Of a DNA stretch of 64,000 nucleotides, positions 1 to 11,531 are shown one piece after another (the stretch's first letter is position 1; each line of letters begins with the position of its first letter). The notes beneath the pieces were generated by a model. The model was not told where the DNA came from and did no database searches. It saw only the letters and a program-made list of their open reading frames with translations. The position numbers were made by a program, and so were the translations under genes. Source of the stretch: an uncultured delta proteobacterium (GTDB lineage: Bacteria; Myxococcota; Myxococcia; Myxococcales; Myxococcaceae); contig CAVQKE010000004.1 in assembly GCA_963713045.1 (NCBI GenBank), positions 1,184,001 through 1,248,000 on the forward strand, written 5' to 3'.

Positions 1-359
1 CTAATTATCCGTTTGTAGATGGGCGCTGTATCGCCACAGACCAAATTTTTTTTCTGGAAGTTCAGCACCGATTCACGTCTCCGCAATCGGGACAGAGTAG
101 ATCGGACTGTCAAATGAATGGAAAAGAGCAATTCCGTCAACGTACCGACCGAAAGCAAAGTTTCTCTTTCCATATCCGCCGCAATTGCTCTCGAGGGTGA
201 GCAGAAATGTCTCATTGGAACCAAATTTCCGCCGGATGTTGGAGGTGAGAAGCATGCGATATCAATACTGACAATTTCGGGATTGTTTGGCATCCTTTCC
301 CACGTTGAGCGCCGCTTCATCGGTACGGATTGTGGCGCAGATCGAGAGTTGGACAAGCA

Positions 360-3300
360 ATGGATTCCGTAGAGACTCAGCCACCGCCGGAAGAATCTCC
401 GCTGAAGAGCGCCGGGCTTGACAAGCGTCGCCAGCGATCTTTATCCGCTTTCATTTGTTATGCGCGCGAATCGGACACCGAATTCAGGAAGAGACTAGAC
501 GAGACATTGCAGGCGCGCGGGATTGAACCAAAAGGCGATTGGACTTTAACTCCCGGTCCGTCTTACAAGGACCAGCTCGCAACTCTGATTCGGGATTCGG
601 ATGTCTTCATTGCCATTATTAGCCGACTTTCTGTGGTCTCATCGGAAGTTCGTAGCGAAATCGAGCAAGCGAGCCTCCAGAAAAAGAGATTGTTGCCTGT
701 CCAGATTGAGGACGGCTTCGACAAAACGGCCCTCCATGAGGCGTTACGGCTCCCCCAGTGGACTCTACTCAGACCCGTCGATGATTTCGAGATCGGCATT
801 AAGTCTTTAGAGGAGGCGATCAATACAAATTTCGAACTTTTGGTGGTGCATACATGGCTTATCCAACGCGCCAATGATTGGGACGTTAAGCGCCGTCCCA
901 GTTCAGCATTGCTTTCGGGTCGCGATCTGAAAGAGGCGGAAGATTGGTTGCCCAAAGCAAGCGCGAATCAGCTCGAACTGCCCAACGTAACACCTCTGCA
1001 GGCTGATTTTGTTTTAGCTAGCCAACGTGCACGTACCCGCCGCGCACAATGGCTTGTCGTGGTGACAGCAGTCATAATCTTTGCTCTATGCCTGCTCACG
1101 ATCTACGCATTTAATCAGTCGATTGAAGCCAAGCGGCAGGAAGGAATTGCAAGGGACAATGCCGAAAAAGAAAGAATTGCACGAACGGCGGCCGAAAAGC
1201 AGACACGAATCGCTGATACCAGACGTCTCGCTGTTCAGTCTGCTGCAATTCTGAAACCATTTGCTGTCCGTAGCGTGTTACTCGGCGTTGAGGCGGTGCG
1301 CGAAGAAGAGCGAATACAAGAGACCCGGGTTCCTGACGCCGAGCAATCCTTGAGAGATGCGCTCGCTCTTGTCGGAGGGCTACCGCTCGTGCAAAACAAA
1401 TACTTCAGCAATATTGTAATCAGTTTCGACAACCGCTGGTTGGTCGCCGTAAGTAACACACAAAAACTAGCTTGGCTGTGGGATTTGAGTGCCAAAAATC
1501 CAGTCGTCAGACCCCTGCCAGTCAAAGGAGATGGCATCGGCATCTCTACGGCAATCTTTAGTCCCAACGGACGATGGCTCGTTATTGGCGATGACTACGG
1601 CACGACGCAACTCTGGGATCTGAGTCCGAAGCGCGTGATCGATGGCAGCGTTCTACAACAAGGAAGGGTTGGGTGCATTATCGCTGTGGCTTTCAGCCCA
1701 GACAGCCGTTGGTTAGTAATTGATAGTCATGATGGCACGGCCCGACTATGGGATCTGAGTATTGACGATCCGGTCACCACTCCTTTCCTGCTGCAGGGGT
1801 ATGAAGGATGTATCAGCTCAGATAGTCACTGGATGGTCACCCATGCCAAAGACTCAACCGTACGGCTCTGGGACCTGCTGGCCAAAGATCCAGCCGGCAG
1901 TCCGATTCTACTGCCGGAAGAAGGTAGCCAAGCCGTCGCGATGAGTCCGGACGGCCGCTGGCTCGCTACTGGCGGACCCGATAAGACAGTGCGTCTTTGG
2001 GACTTGAGCGGCAAGGACCCGGCCGCCAAGCCAGTCTTCCTCCAGAGCTATGACATACTCATCGCGACGATCTTCTTTAGCCCGGACGGCCGCTGGCTCG
2101 TTGCAAGTGATGATCACGGTAAAACGAGACTTTTGGATTTGACCTCTAAGGACTTGGCCGTTGCCCGAGTCATCGCGCTGCGCGGTCCCGGTGAAAATCT
2201 TATGAGGGTTGCCTTTAGCCTCGACGGCCGCTGGGTAGCCACTGAGGATGATGGGACCAAAAGTGAGGTTTGGTTGTGGGACTTGAATGCCCAAGACCCT
2301 GCGCTCAGCCCTTTCGTCCTTCGCGGATCTCCCGAGAAAATTAACGATATCAAGTTTAATAGGAATGGCCACTGGCTCATCACCGGTACTGCCGGAGGCT
2401 TGATGCACGAGGTCTGGTTGTGGGATCTTGCTGCCCAGAATCCGGCCGCTTCCCCCGTTGTGTTGCGTGGACACGAGGACAATATCAGTGCCCTAACGCT
2501 CAGTCCGACCGGACGCTGGCTGGTGACCGGCAGCGACGACCGCACAGTGCGACTATGGGATTTGCGGATGAATGATCCGGGCGCCGCCCCGATCGTGTTA
2601 CGGGCACATGAAGGAAGCATCAGGGTCATGGCCCTTAGCTTCGACGATCGGTGGTTGGTGACCTCCAGTTGGGACCAAACGATGCGGTTGTGGGATCTGA
2701 CCGCCCAACAGCCGGGGTCAAGTCCAATTGTGCTACGAAGTGAAGAAAGAGCGTTTTCCGCTTTGCGAGCGGAAGCGACAGCAATTAGTCCAAACGGTCG
2801 ATGGATGGTCACAAGCGATAATTTACTATGGGATTTGAATGCCAAAGAACCGGCCGGCAGCCGCCTTGTCTTGCAGGGCTCCAGTCATAACGTTTTTGCA
2901 CTCGCGATTAGCCAGGATAGCCATTTTCTTGTCGCTGGCGACGGCATGGACGGCACGGTGCGACGGTGGGATCTGAACTCTAAAGATCCGACTGCTAACC
3001 CTCTCATCATGAGTGGGAATGAAAGCCGTATCTTTGCCGTGGCAATCAGTCCAAACGGTCGCTGGCTTGTTACCGGCAGCGACTCTTCCCTGGTCCGGCT
3101 TTGGGATTTGTCTTCAAAAGATCCATTGGCTACCTCCCTCTTGCTGCAGGGTCAGGAAGGAGGCATTCGCGCGCTCGCAATCAGTCCGGACGGCCGCTGG
3201 GTAGCTTCGGGTGGCGCTGAGAACCGAGAGCGTACGGCACGGGTGTGGGACGTTAAGTCCAAGGACCCTAATTCGAGCTCGGTTCTACTGTCTGGTCACG

Positions 3301-3785
3301 ACGGCAAAATCCGCGCGCTCGCAATCAGCCCGAACGACCACTGGCTGCTCACAGGCGCCGACGACCACACAGTCCGGATGTGGGACCTGAGTGCCAAAGA
3401 CCCAAATGCGACCGCAATCGTTTTGCGCGGGCATGAAGAAGGCGTCGAAGCTGTGGCGATTAGCCTGGACAATCGGTGGATCTTGACCGGTAGCGTGGAC
3501 CGTACGGCACGACTGTGGGATCTTAGAACGATGAACCCAGTCGCCGGTTCGATCGTATTAGGCGGTCACGAACTGGGGGTTAAGGCCGTGGCCATTAGCA
3601 TAGACAATAAATGGGCAACCACGTGCGACGCAAACGGCACGATTCGACAATGGCCGCTCCAGCTGAACGACTTGATCAAAATGGCGCAAATTGTGGCCGG
3701 CCGGAATCTCACTAAAGTCGAATCGAATCTTTACTTCCCAGGCGAGCATTACCACCAAACTTTCCCCGACTTGCCGAGTCCATAG
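360..3785 (+). CDS. TIR domain + transmembrane helix + WD40 repeat protein
   Basis: N-terminal TIR_2-like segment (AFICYARES...DSDVFIAIIS...SEIEQA), hydrophobic helix WLVVVTAVIIFALCLLTIYAF, then about 15-16 WD40 repeats (SPDGRWL...VRLWDL). ATG at 360 preferred over the ORF-track start at 330. Confidence 0.85.
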   Translation: MDSVETQPPPEESPLKSAGLDKRRQRSLSAFICYARESDTEFRKRLDETLQARGIEPKGDWTLTPGPSYKDQLATLIRDSDVFIAIISRLSVVSSEVRSEIEQASLQKKRLLPVQIEDGFDKTALHEALRLPQWTLLRPVDDFEIGIKSLEEAINTNFELLVVHTWLIQRANDWDVKRRPSSALLSGRDLKEAEDWLPKASANQLELPNVTPLQADFVLASQRARTRRAQWLVVVTAVIIFALCLLTIYAFNQSIEAKRQEGIARDNAEKERIARTAAEKQTRIADTRRLAVQSAAILKPFAVRSVLLGVEAVREEERIQETRVPDAEQSLRDALALVGGLPLVQNKYFSNIVISFDNRWLVAVSNTQKLAWLWDLSAKNPVVRPLPVKGDGIGISTAIFSPNGRWLVIGDDYGTTQLWDLSPKRVIDGSVLQQGRVGCIIAVAFSPDSRWLVIDSHDGTARLWDLSIDDPVTTPFLLQGYEGCISSDSHWMVTHAKDSTVRLWDLLAKDPAGSPILLPEEGSQAVAMSPDGRWLATGGPDKTVRLWDLSGKDPAAKPVFLQSYDILIATIFFSPDGRWLVASDDHGKTRLLDLTSKDLAVARVIALRGPGENLMRVAFSLDGRWVATEDDGTKSEVWLWDLNAQDPALSPFVLRGSPEKINDIKFNRNGHWLITGTAGGLMHEVWLWDLAAQNPAASPVVLRGHEDNISALTLSPTGRWLVTGSDDRTVRLWDLRMNDPGAAPIVLRAHEGSIRVMALSFDDRWLVTSSWDQTMRLWDLTAQQPGSSPIVLRSEERAFSALRAEATAISPNGRWMVTSDNLLWDLNAKEPAGSRLVLQGSSHNVFALAISQDSHFLVAGDGMDGTVRRWDLNSKDPTANPLIMSGNESRIFAVAISPNGRWLVTGSDSSLVRLWDLSSKDPLATSLLLQGQEGGIRALAISPDGRWVASGGAENRERTARVWDVKSKDPNSSSVLLSGHDGKIRALAISPNDHWLLTGADDHTVRMWDLSAKDPNATAIVLRGHEEGVEAVAISLDNRWILTGSVDRTARLWDLRTMNPVAGSIVLGGHELGVKAVAISIDNKWATTCDANGTIRQWPLQLNDLIKMAQIVAGRNLTKVESNLYFPGEHYHQTFPDLPSP

Positions 3786-3924
3786 GATAATCCAACAACA
3801 ACGTTCGCGTACTGAACGCGGGACTGTAGGCCGATACGACGACCCACATGATCCAACGGCTTGACACCTCGATCCCGAACGGGACGAAGGTTGTCGTCCT
3901 GGATATGGGAGGAGGCTTTTTCAA

Positions 3925-4361
3925 CGGGCCTGAAGTCCTCCTGGCTGCGAAAACATACGCTAACGAACCCCCTAAAATCCGCTCTTACCGTCGACTTTTG
4001 CATTTTCGAGGGCCGAAGCTCGGTTTCGGCAAAAACAATGCGTAGATGTAAGGCGTAGAATAGCCAATCTACGAACAGTTCGGCTGACTAGTGGGTCTAT
4101 TCTACGCCAAGTTTGAGCCTCTAACGCGGGGGTCTACATTGCGTAGAATACGGCACGGGTGGGGTACCTCATGGGAGCGGTGAGCTGGCAGGTGTGGTCG
4201 CGGCTTCACTGGCCAATTACGATTTGGTGGTGCTGACCGCGTGCGCTTATCGCCACGTGATTCCGAACGGGACCTACCACTTCCCCCGAGCTATCGAGGG
4301 GGACAACTTGTCGTAGAATACGCTACCGTATGTTTTCGCAGCCAGGAGGACTTCGGGCCTG
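3925..4361. mobile_element. MITE-like element with 41-bp terminal inverted repeats (Tn3-like)
   Basis: 3925-3965 and the reverse complement of 4321-4361 match at 37/41; the left copy ends ACGCTAA like Tn3 IRs; internal GCGTAGAATA motifs; no TSD seen. Confidence 0.55.
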
Positions 4362-4389
4362 TAGCGCGAGAGCGCCAAAAAGTCGGGGG

Positions 4390-5817
4390 TCAAGCCGCCT
4401 TCCGCTCTGGCTCCTGCGTTTGTGGTTGCGACCTGAATTTTGGATACCAACGGCGGAATAGGTCGTCCAGATCCTCGTTGAGGACCCTCGTCCTGGTCTG
4501 CAGCAAAAGATGGGCCCCGCGCAGCGTCCATTGCATCTGCTGTTTTTTGACGAATCGTCTGCTGACCACTTGATTGATCGTCGACTCCACGAATGCCGTT
4601 GAAATCGTTTCCCCTTGCCGTCGACGCTCGCCGAAGTTCGGGATGAACTCGCGGTTATTGCAGATGTATGTTCTAAAGTCATCGAGGCCGTCGACGACCT
4701 TCTTCGCAGCGTTCGACCGGGCCTCAATCAAACTCAACTCCATTAACAAGTCGCCCAGCCGCTCGAGGGCTTCCTCGGTGTTCCCGTGCCAAAGCAGATG
4801 CTTGAGGCTCTCCAAGCGCTTGGATACCTCAGCGCCGGTCTCTGGCCGTTCCTCCTGCAAGGCCTTTGTCTGCTGCTGCAACACCGTCAGCCGCATGGTA
4901 ATGTGAAACCAATCGATTAGATGCTCGCTAAAGGGATGCAGATACTCTTGCACCCGACGGACATTCTCACCGCCATCCGACATGAACACCACCTGCTGAT
5001 TCTCTTGCATCCCTTGCGACTTCATCAGCTCCCACAATCGCCGTCGCGGTTTCTCGTCGTAGGTTTGAACGAACCCGAAACACTTCGCCGAGGGTACTTC
5101 GCCCTCATCGTCCCGCCGAAAAGCGACGACGCTTTTGCCCGCGATCACTTCGAACCATCCCTGCTTATGCGCCGCTCTAACGTAACCGCCGTCGATACCC
5201 ACCGTGATCGGACCATCGGGTAGAGGCTGTCGTTCCCACTCCTGTTCCGAGCCCTCGAACCGATTAAGTTGGCGCTCCTCACCCAACTCCTGTTCGATGC
5301 GTTCTGCCGTCAGTTGCAGATGGTTTCGGACGGTCTCCGCATTCACCAAATCACCGACCGGCAACACTTCCTTCAGCAAATCCGTCGCTCTTGCAAACGG
5401 GATCAAGGATGCCCACTTCGTCTCCAGATATAGCATTTCTGGGCTGGTTTGGCCGTTGAGCCAGCTCCTCATTGGACGGAACGTCTGGGGACCCTCCGTC
5501 TGGCAGCCGCATCGGTTCCATCGCGGATTGGGCACCTCAACTCGGCCGAATACCGTGCTAACTGGGGTGCTGCCGGAGTCCTTGGTCGTGTACCGCCTGC
5601 GGCAGCGTGGACAAGCACGTCGTTGCTCCAACTCTTCGCGTGCCTGTTGGGCGACTACAAAATCCTGCACGCCTGCCAACAACGCTTTGCCCTCGGTCAA
5701 ATTCACGCCAAGCGTTTCCATCGCCAGTTCCCGCCGCTCAATCGTCAGGACCTGCCGGCGTTGTTCCTCGCCGTCGGCGTTTAGGCAAACGACCTCCACC
5801 CGGACCTTCATGGCCAC
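4390..5817 (-). CDS. ISKra4-family DDE transposase
   Basis: Motifs VGIDGGYV, FMSDGG, LIDWFHI, ISTAFVESTINQVVSRRFVKKQQMQW; N-terminal CxxC; 475 aa. Confidence 0.92.
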   Translation of the reverse strand: MAMKVRVEVVCLNADGEEQRRQVLTIERRELAMETLGVNLTEGKALLAGVQDFVVAQQAREELEQRRACPRCRRRYTTKDSGSTPVSTVFGRVEVPNPRWNRCGCQTEGPQTFRPMRSWLNGQTSPEMLYLETKWASLIPFARATDLLKEVLPVGDLVNAETVRNHLQLTAERIEQELGEERQLNRFEGSEQEWERQPLPDGPITVGIDGGYVRAAHKQGWFEVIAGKSVVAFRRDDEGEVPSAKCFGFVQTYDEKPRRRLWELMKSQGMQENQQVVFMSDGGENVRRVQEYLHPFSEHLIDWFHITMRLTVLQQQTKALQEERPETGAEVSKRLESLKHLLWHGNTEEALERLGDLLMELSLIEARSNAAKKVVDGLDDFRTYICNNREFIPNFGERRRQGETISTAFVESTINQVVSRRFVKKQQMQWTLRGAHLLLQTRTRVLNEDLDDLFRRWYPKFRSQPQTQEPERKAA

Positions 5818-6476
5818 AACCTCCAGCGCTGTGCCAACTCACTCAAACGCGCGTTGGCCTCTTTCAGGCTGAACCGATCAGGTTGCAGAGGTCCGAGTTC
5901 GTGCAGTCTTCGATCGATGCTCTCAAAGCCCTCGTCCAGCACGGTGCGGAGCAGATCCCAGGTCCGTGCCGATTGACCCGGGCAAGCCTCGGCCAACATC
6001 TGAACACCAGCCTCCAGCCGGACGGGATCGGACATTGCGACGCCCTCTCGTTGCCGCTTCAGCATTAGACGGTAGCCGGTTGGACCCCCGCAAAATTCCG
6101 GGGGCGCAGCGCCTCGGCCGCCTAAACACACCGGCGCGTGGTCGCCTTCGACCCCCTCCTGAATATCCAAGACCCGAACGTCCCACTCCCACATGTGCAG
6201 GGTGTCGCAGACGTAGAGGAACTTCTCCTGCCGGTGCAGCTTAAACTCGTGCAGCGCTTTCGACCGCGTCTTCCGCCGGAAGCTATTAATTTCCTGACCG
6301 TGTACACGAACGATGTAGCCCAGATCGCCGTTCCACCCGAGAATCGTGCGGAACACGTCGTGAAATTGGTGGAGCGGCATCTGATCGGCGACCGAGACCA
6401 GGCGGATGACCATCGGGCTCACTTGGCGCAGAACCGCTCGCAGAATCAAGCGTTTGAAGGAGGGTGTTTTAACCAT
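5808..6476 (-). CDS. Plasmid pRiA4b ORF-3 / IS1096 TnpR-like protein
   Basis: W-E-W-D-V-R-V and PVCLGGRGAAPPEFCGG motifs; its stop overlaps a transposase ATG (ATGA). Confidence 0.85.
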   Translation of the reverse strand: MVKTPSFKRLILRAVLRQVSPMVIRLVSVADQMPLHQFHDVFRTILGWNGDLGYIVRVHGQEINSFRRKTRSKALHEFKLHRQEKFLYVCDTLHMWEWDVRVLDIQEGVEGDHAPVCLGGRGAAPPEFCGGPTGYRLMLKRQREGVAMSDPVRLEAGVQMLAEACPGQSARTWDLLRTVLDEGFESIDRRLHELGPLQPDRFSLKEANARLSELAQRWRLWP

Positions 6477-6525
6477 CTCTCCAGACTACTCGGATCGCCC
6501 GACCCCCGACTTTTTGGCGCTCTCC

Positions 6526-6786
6526 TACTTGTACGCCAAAGCCAGCGGCGAAGTTGGGTAGTTGCCGATCAGCGGGAAACAATGCCAAGGGCATGGTCCG
6601 TTCGCGATTCTCATCGAAGATTTCAATCGTTCGGCACCAGCTTTCGTGCTGAGTATCGTTGATCTCTCCAAGGTAAAGCACTTGCCGTTGGACAACCTTG
6701 CCACGCCCGCAACGCCGATTCTCTACCACGCTCCAATAGCGATGCCCTTTGCCATCTTTGATCCGTGCGTGGCACCTTAAAAACAT
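6526..6786 (-). pseudogene. IS1634-family transposase, N-terminal fragment truncated by ISKra4
   Basis: MFLR...KDGKGHRYWSVVENRR...VVQRQVLYLGEIND; probable IS end GTTGAGAAAGTCGGG ending at 6940. Confidence 0.8.
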
Positions 6787-7016
6787 TACGGCTACCGATC
6801 TTACTCTTAATCTTCCTGCTGTGAAGAGACTTGGTCTGCACTACAGGCATTTTGCAGAACCCGTTCCTTTATTTAAGCGCCTCGGCGGCCGATCCTGCCC
6901 AAAAAATAGCGCATTTTGGCGTCGAGTTGAGAAAGTCGGGCTAATATTGCCTCTCCTCCTCCGCCCCAGGTCGGTCCAGGGTGACCGGCAAGTTGCAATC
7001 AGAGTTAGGACTAAGT

Positions 7017-8072
<1,056 letters not shown>

Positions 8073-8276
8073 CTATGCTTGAGTGTTATCCAGGAGAGAC
8101 AAGCTTTCGCTGCGTCGAGCGGGAGCCATTGGGCAGCTCAGGTGTTAAGTCTTTGCCGTAGCGGAAAGTGCACCCAGAAGAGCGCGCAGAGAGCGGTCCA
8201 GGGCGTTACGTTTCCAGACGATGAACAAGGAGAGCACCAAAAAGTCGGGGTAGGGCGATCCGAGTAGTCTGGAGAG

Positions 8277-8946
8277 ATGGTTAAAACACCCTCCTTCAAA
8301 CGCTTGATTCTGCGAGCGGTTCTGCGCCAAGTGAGCCCGATGGTGATCCGCTTAGTCTCGGTCTCCGATCAGATGCCGCTCCACGAATTTCACGACGTGT
8401 TCCGCACGATTCTCGGGTGGAACGGCGATCTGGGCTACATCGTTCGTGTGCACGGTCAGGAAATTAATAGCTTCCGGCGGAAAACGCGGTCGAAAGCACT
8501 GCACGAGTTTAAGCTACACCGGCAGGAGAAGTTCCTCTACGTCTGCGACACCCTGCACATGTGGGAGTGGGACGTTCGGGTCTTGGATATTCAGGAGGGG
8601 GTCGAAGGCAACCACGCGCCGGTGTGTGTGGGCGGCCGCGGCGCTGCGCCCCCGGAGTGTTGCGGAGGTCCAACCGGCTACCGTCTAATGCTGAAGCGGC
8701 AACGAGAGGGCGCCGCAATGTCCGATCCCGCCCGACTGGAGGCTGGTGTTCAGATGTTGGCCGAGGCCTGTCCGGGTCAATCGGCACGGACCTGGGATCT
8801 GCTCCGCACCGTGCTGGACGAAGGGCTTTGAGAGCATCGATCGAAGACTGCACGAACTCGGACCTCTGCAACCAGATCGGTTCAGCCTGAAAGAGGCCAA
8901 CGCGCGTTTGAGTGAGTTGACACAGCGCTGGAGGTTGTGGCCATGA
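8277..8946 (+). pseudogene. pRiA4b ORF-3-like protein, frameshifted
   Basis: One extra A near 8821 relative to copy 1 (GGACGAAGGG vs GGACGAGGG) splits it into 8277-8831 and 8746-8946. Confidence 0.85.
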
Positions 8947-10364
8947 AGGTCAGGGTGGAGGTCGTTAGCCTAAACGCCGACGGCAACGAACAACGCCGGC
9001 AGGTCCTGACGATCGAGCGGCGGGAACTGGCGATGGAAACGCTTGGCGTGAATTTGACCGAGGGCAAAGCGTTGTTGGCAGGCGTGCAGGATTTTGTAGT
9101 CGCCCAACAGGCACGCGAAGAGTTGGAGCAACGACGTGCTTGTCCACACTGCCGCAGGCGCTACACGACGAAGGACTCCGGCAGCACCCCAGTTAGCACG
9201 GTATTCGGCCGAGTTGAGGTGCTCAATCCGCGATGGAACCGATGCGGCTGCCAGACGGAGGGTCCTCAGACGTTCCGTCCAATGAGGAGCTGGCTGAACG
9301 GGCAAACCAGCCCAGAAATGCTATATCTGGAGACGAAGTGGGCATCCTTGATCCCGTTTGCAAGAGCGACGGATTTGCTGAAGGAAGTGTTGCCGGTCGG
9401 TGATTTGGTGAATGCGGAGACCGTCCGAAACCATCTGCACTTGACAGCAGAACGTATCGAGCAGGAATTGGGTGAGGAGCGCCAAGTTAATCGGTTCGAG
9501 GGCTCGGAACAGGAGTGGGAACGACAGCCTCTACCCGATGGTCCGATCACGGTGGGTATCGACGGCGGTTACGTTAGAGCGGCGCATAAGCAAGGATGGT
9601 TCGAAGTGATCGCGGGCAAAAGCGTCGTCGCTTTTCGGCGAGACGATGAGGGCGAAGTACCCTCGGCGAAGTGTTTCGGGTTCGTTCAAACCTACGACGA
9701 GAAACCGCGACGGCGATTGTGGGAGCTGATGAAGTCGCAAGGGATGCAAGAGAATCAGCAGGTGGTGTTCATGTCGGATGGCGGTGAGAATGTCCGTCGG
9801 GTGCAAGAGTATCTGCATCCCTTTAGCGAGCATCTAATCGATTGGTTTCACATTACCATGCGGCTGACGGTGTTGCAGCAGCAGACAAAGGCCTTGCAGG
9901 AGGAACGGCCAGAGACCGGCCCCGAGGTGTCCAAGCGCTTGGAGAGCCTCAAGCATCTGCTTTGGCACGGGAACACCGAGGAAGCCCTCGAGCGGCTGGG
10001 CGACTTGTTAATGGAGTTGAGTTTGATTGAGGCCCGTTCGAACGCTGCGAAGAAGGTCGTCGAGGGCCTCGATGACTTTAGAACTTACATCTGCAATAAC
10101 CGCGAGTTCATCCCGAACTTCGGCGAGCGTCGACGGCAAGGGGAAACGATTAGCACGGCATTCGTGGAGTCGACGATCAATCAAGTGGTCAGCAGACGAT
10201 TCGTCAAAAAACAGCAGATGCAATGGACGCTACGCGGGGCGCATCTTTTGCTACAGACAAGGACGAGGGTCCTCAACGAGGATCTGGATGACCTATTCCG
10301 CCGTTGGTACCCAAAATTCAGGTCGCAACCACAAACGCAGGAGCCAGAGCGGAAGGCGGCTTGA
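8937..10364 (+). CDS. ISKra4-family DDE transposase
   Basis: Nearly identical to 4390-5817; 475 aa, intact. Confidence 0.92.
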   Translation: MAMKVRVEVVSLNADGNEQRRQVLTIERRELAMETLGVNLTEGKALLAGVQDFVVAQQAREELEQRRACPHCRRRYTTKDSGSTPVSTVFGRVEVLNPRWNRCGCQTEGPQTFRPMRSWLNGQTSPEMLYLETKWASLIPFARATDLLKEVLPVGDLVNAETVRNHLHLTAERIEQELGEERQVNRFEGSEQEWERQPLPDGPITVGIDGGYVRAAHKQGWFEVIAGKSVVAFRRDDEGEVPSAKCFGFVQTYDEKPRRRLWELMKSQGMQENQQVVFMSDGGENVRRVQEYLHPFSEHLIDWFHITMRLTVLQQQTKALQEERPETGPEVSKRLESLKHLLWHGNTEEALERLGDLLMELSLIEARSNAAKKVVEGLDDFRTYICNNREFIPNFGERRRQGETISTAFVESTINQVVSRRFVKKQQMQWTLRGAHLLLQTRTRVLNEDLDDLFRRWYPKFRSQPQTQEPERKAA

Positions 10365-10387
10365 CCCCCGACTTTTTGGCGCTCTCC

Positions 10388-10465
10388 TCATATCGGTCTC
10401 TGAGAACGCCTTGATGGCAAAGTACGCGGCGGGAAAGCCGGTTAGCATGTCTTGGTTCCCAGGGC
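10388..10465 (-). pseudogene. Short fragment of non-heme chloroperoxidase-like alpha/beta hydrolase
   Basis: Minus strand reads MLTGFPAAYFAIKAFSETDM, cut off at the ISKra4 end. Confidence 0.45.
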
Positions 10466-10701
10466 GAGCACGAGAAGCGCGTCGGCCAGCGCGACGCGAA
10501 CTGGACAGACTGGTATGCCGCTTATATGGTGCCGGAGCAGTCAGGCAAACAGTTGCCTCAATAAACAACTAGGACCTCTGGGGTAGTTGTTCCTACCAAG
10601 CAAACAATTACAACTGACAACCCCTTAGCACGCTATCCTCATCGACCATCAATGACTCATAACAAGGCACCATCACGATAAACACACCATTTACCGAAAA
10701 A

Positions 10702-11433
10702 GTGATCCTAATCACCGGAGGAACCTCCGGCATCGGCCGGGCCACCGCGATCGCGTTTGCGGAACGTGGCGCGAACGTCGTTGTCGCGGGCCGGCGCGAA
10801 GCCGAAGGAGCTGAATCGGTTGCGCTCATTCAAAAAGCAGGTGGAAACGGGGTGTTTGTGCGCACTGATGTGAATATCGAATCGGAGATTGCCGCGTTGG
10901 TGGCTCGGGCCTTAGAACATTTCGGTAGGCTGGATTTTGCGTTTAATAATGCAGGAGTCGGCGGAGAAGGGCGTGGCACCATCACCGCTACCGAGGAGAT
11001 TTACGAACAGATCATGAACATCAATGTTCGCAGTGTCTTTTTCTGCATGAAACATCAGATCCCGGCAATCCTCCAATCCGGCGGCGGCGCAATCGTGAAC
11101 AACGCCTCGATACTCGGGCTGCGCCCACGGGCTGGTTCGCCCATCTACAGCGCTAGTAAAGCTGCTGTTATCGCTCTCACGAAATCGGTCGCGCTCGAAT
11201 TTGCTCCAAAAGGTGTTCGAGTGAACGCAGTATGCGCAGCCATCATTGAAACCGATATGACCGGGAAATTGCGGAGCGATGAAGAGACGCGTCGCGCCCT
11301 GCTCGAACTCCACCCGGTGGGCCGGTTCGGTACATCGGAAGAAGTAGCGGCGGCTGTTCTTTACCTTTGTTCCCCAGAAGCAGCATTCCTTACGGGGGTT
11401 GCTCTGCCCATAGACGGCGGTTGGGGGCTTTAG
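10702..11433 (+). CDS. SDR family oxidoreductase
   Basis: TGGTSGIG, NNAG, YSASK, VRVNAV, DGG motifs. The GTG start looks slightly short; the frame extends up to an ATA at 10678. Confidence 0.92.
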   Translation: MILITGGTSGIGRATAIAFAERGANVVVAGRREAEGAESVALIQKAGGNGVFVRTDVNIESEIAALVARALEHFGRLDFAFNNAGVGGEGRGTITATEEIYEQIMNINVRSVFFCMKHQIPAILQSGGGAIVNNASILGLRPRAGSPIYSASKAAVIALTKSVALEFAPKGVRVNAVCAAIIETDMTGKLRSDEETRRALLELHPVGRFGTSEEVAAAVLYLCSPEAAFLTGVALPIDGGWGL

Positions 11434-11531
11434 AAGCTGGCGGTAGCAGCTTACTCAGCGTCTATCCCTCGAGAGAAAAGTCAAAAATCCCGCACTCCAC
11501 CATAGCGAAATGCTTTTCAAGGAGATTCTGT

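Larger units (their letters stand above)
4368..6525 (-). mobile_element. ISKra4-family IS, copy 1 (pRiA4b ORF-3 gene + transposase)
   Basis: TIR GAGAGCGCCAAAAAGTCGGGG at 4368 and its reverse complement ending 6524-6525 enclose two overlapping ORFs. Confidence 0.9.
8229..10387 (+). mobile_element. ISKra4-family IS, copy 2 (inverted relative to copy 1)
   Basis: TIRs GGAGAGCACCAAAAAGTCGGGG at 8229 and CCCCGACTTTTTGGCGCTCTCC ending 10387; near-identical to copy 1. Confidence 0.9.

Noticed and set aside
1450..3650. Recurring TGGGA(T/C)(C/T)TG and GGCCGCTGGCT DNA motifs
   Set aside because: Explained by WD40 repeat codons.
10678..10702. Possible ATA non-canonical start for the SDR gene
   Set aside because: Cannot be told apart from a mutated ATG or use of the GTG at 10702; weak RBS.
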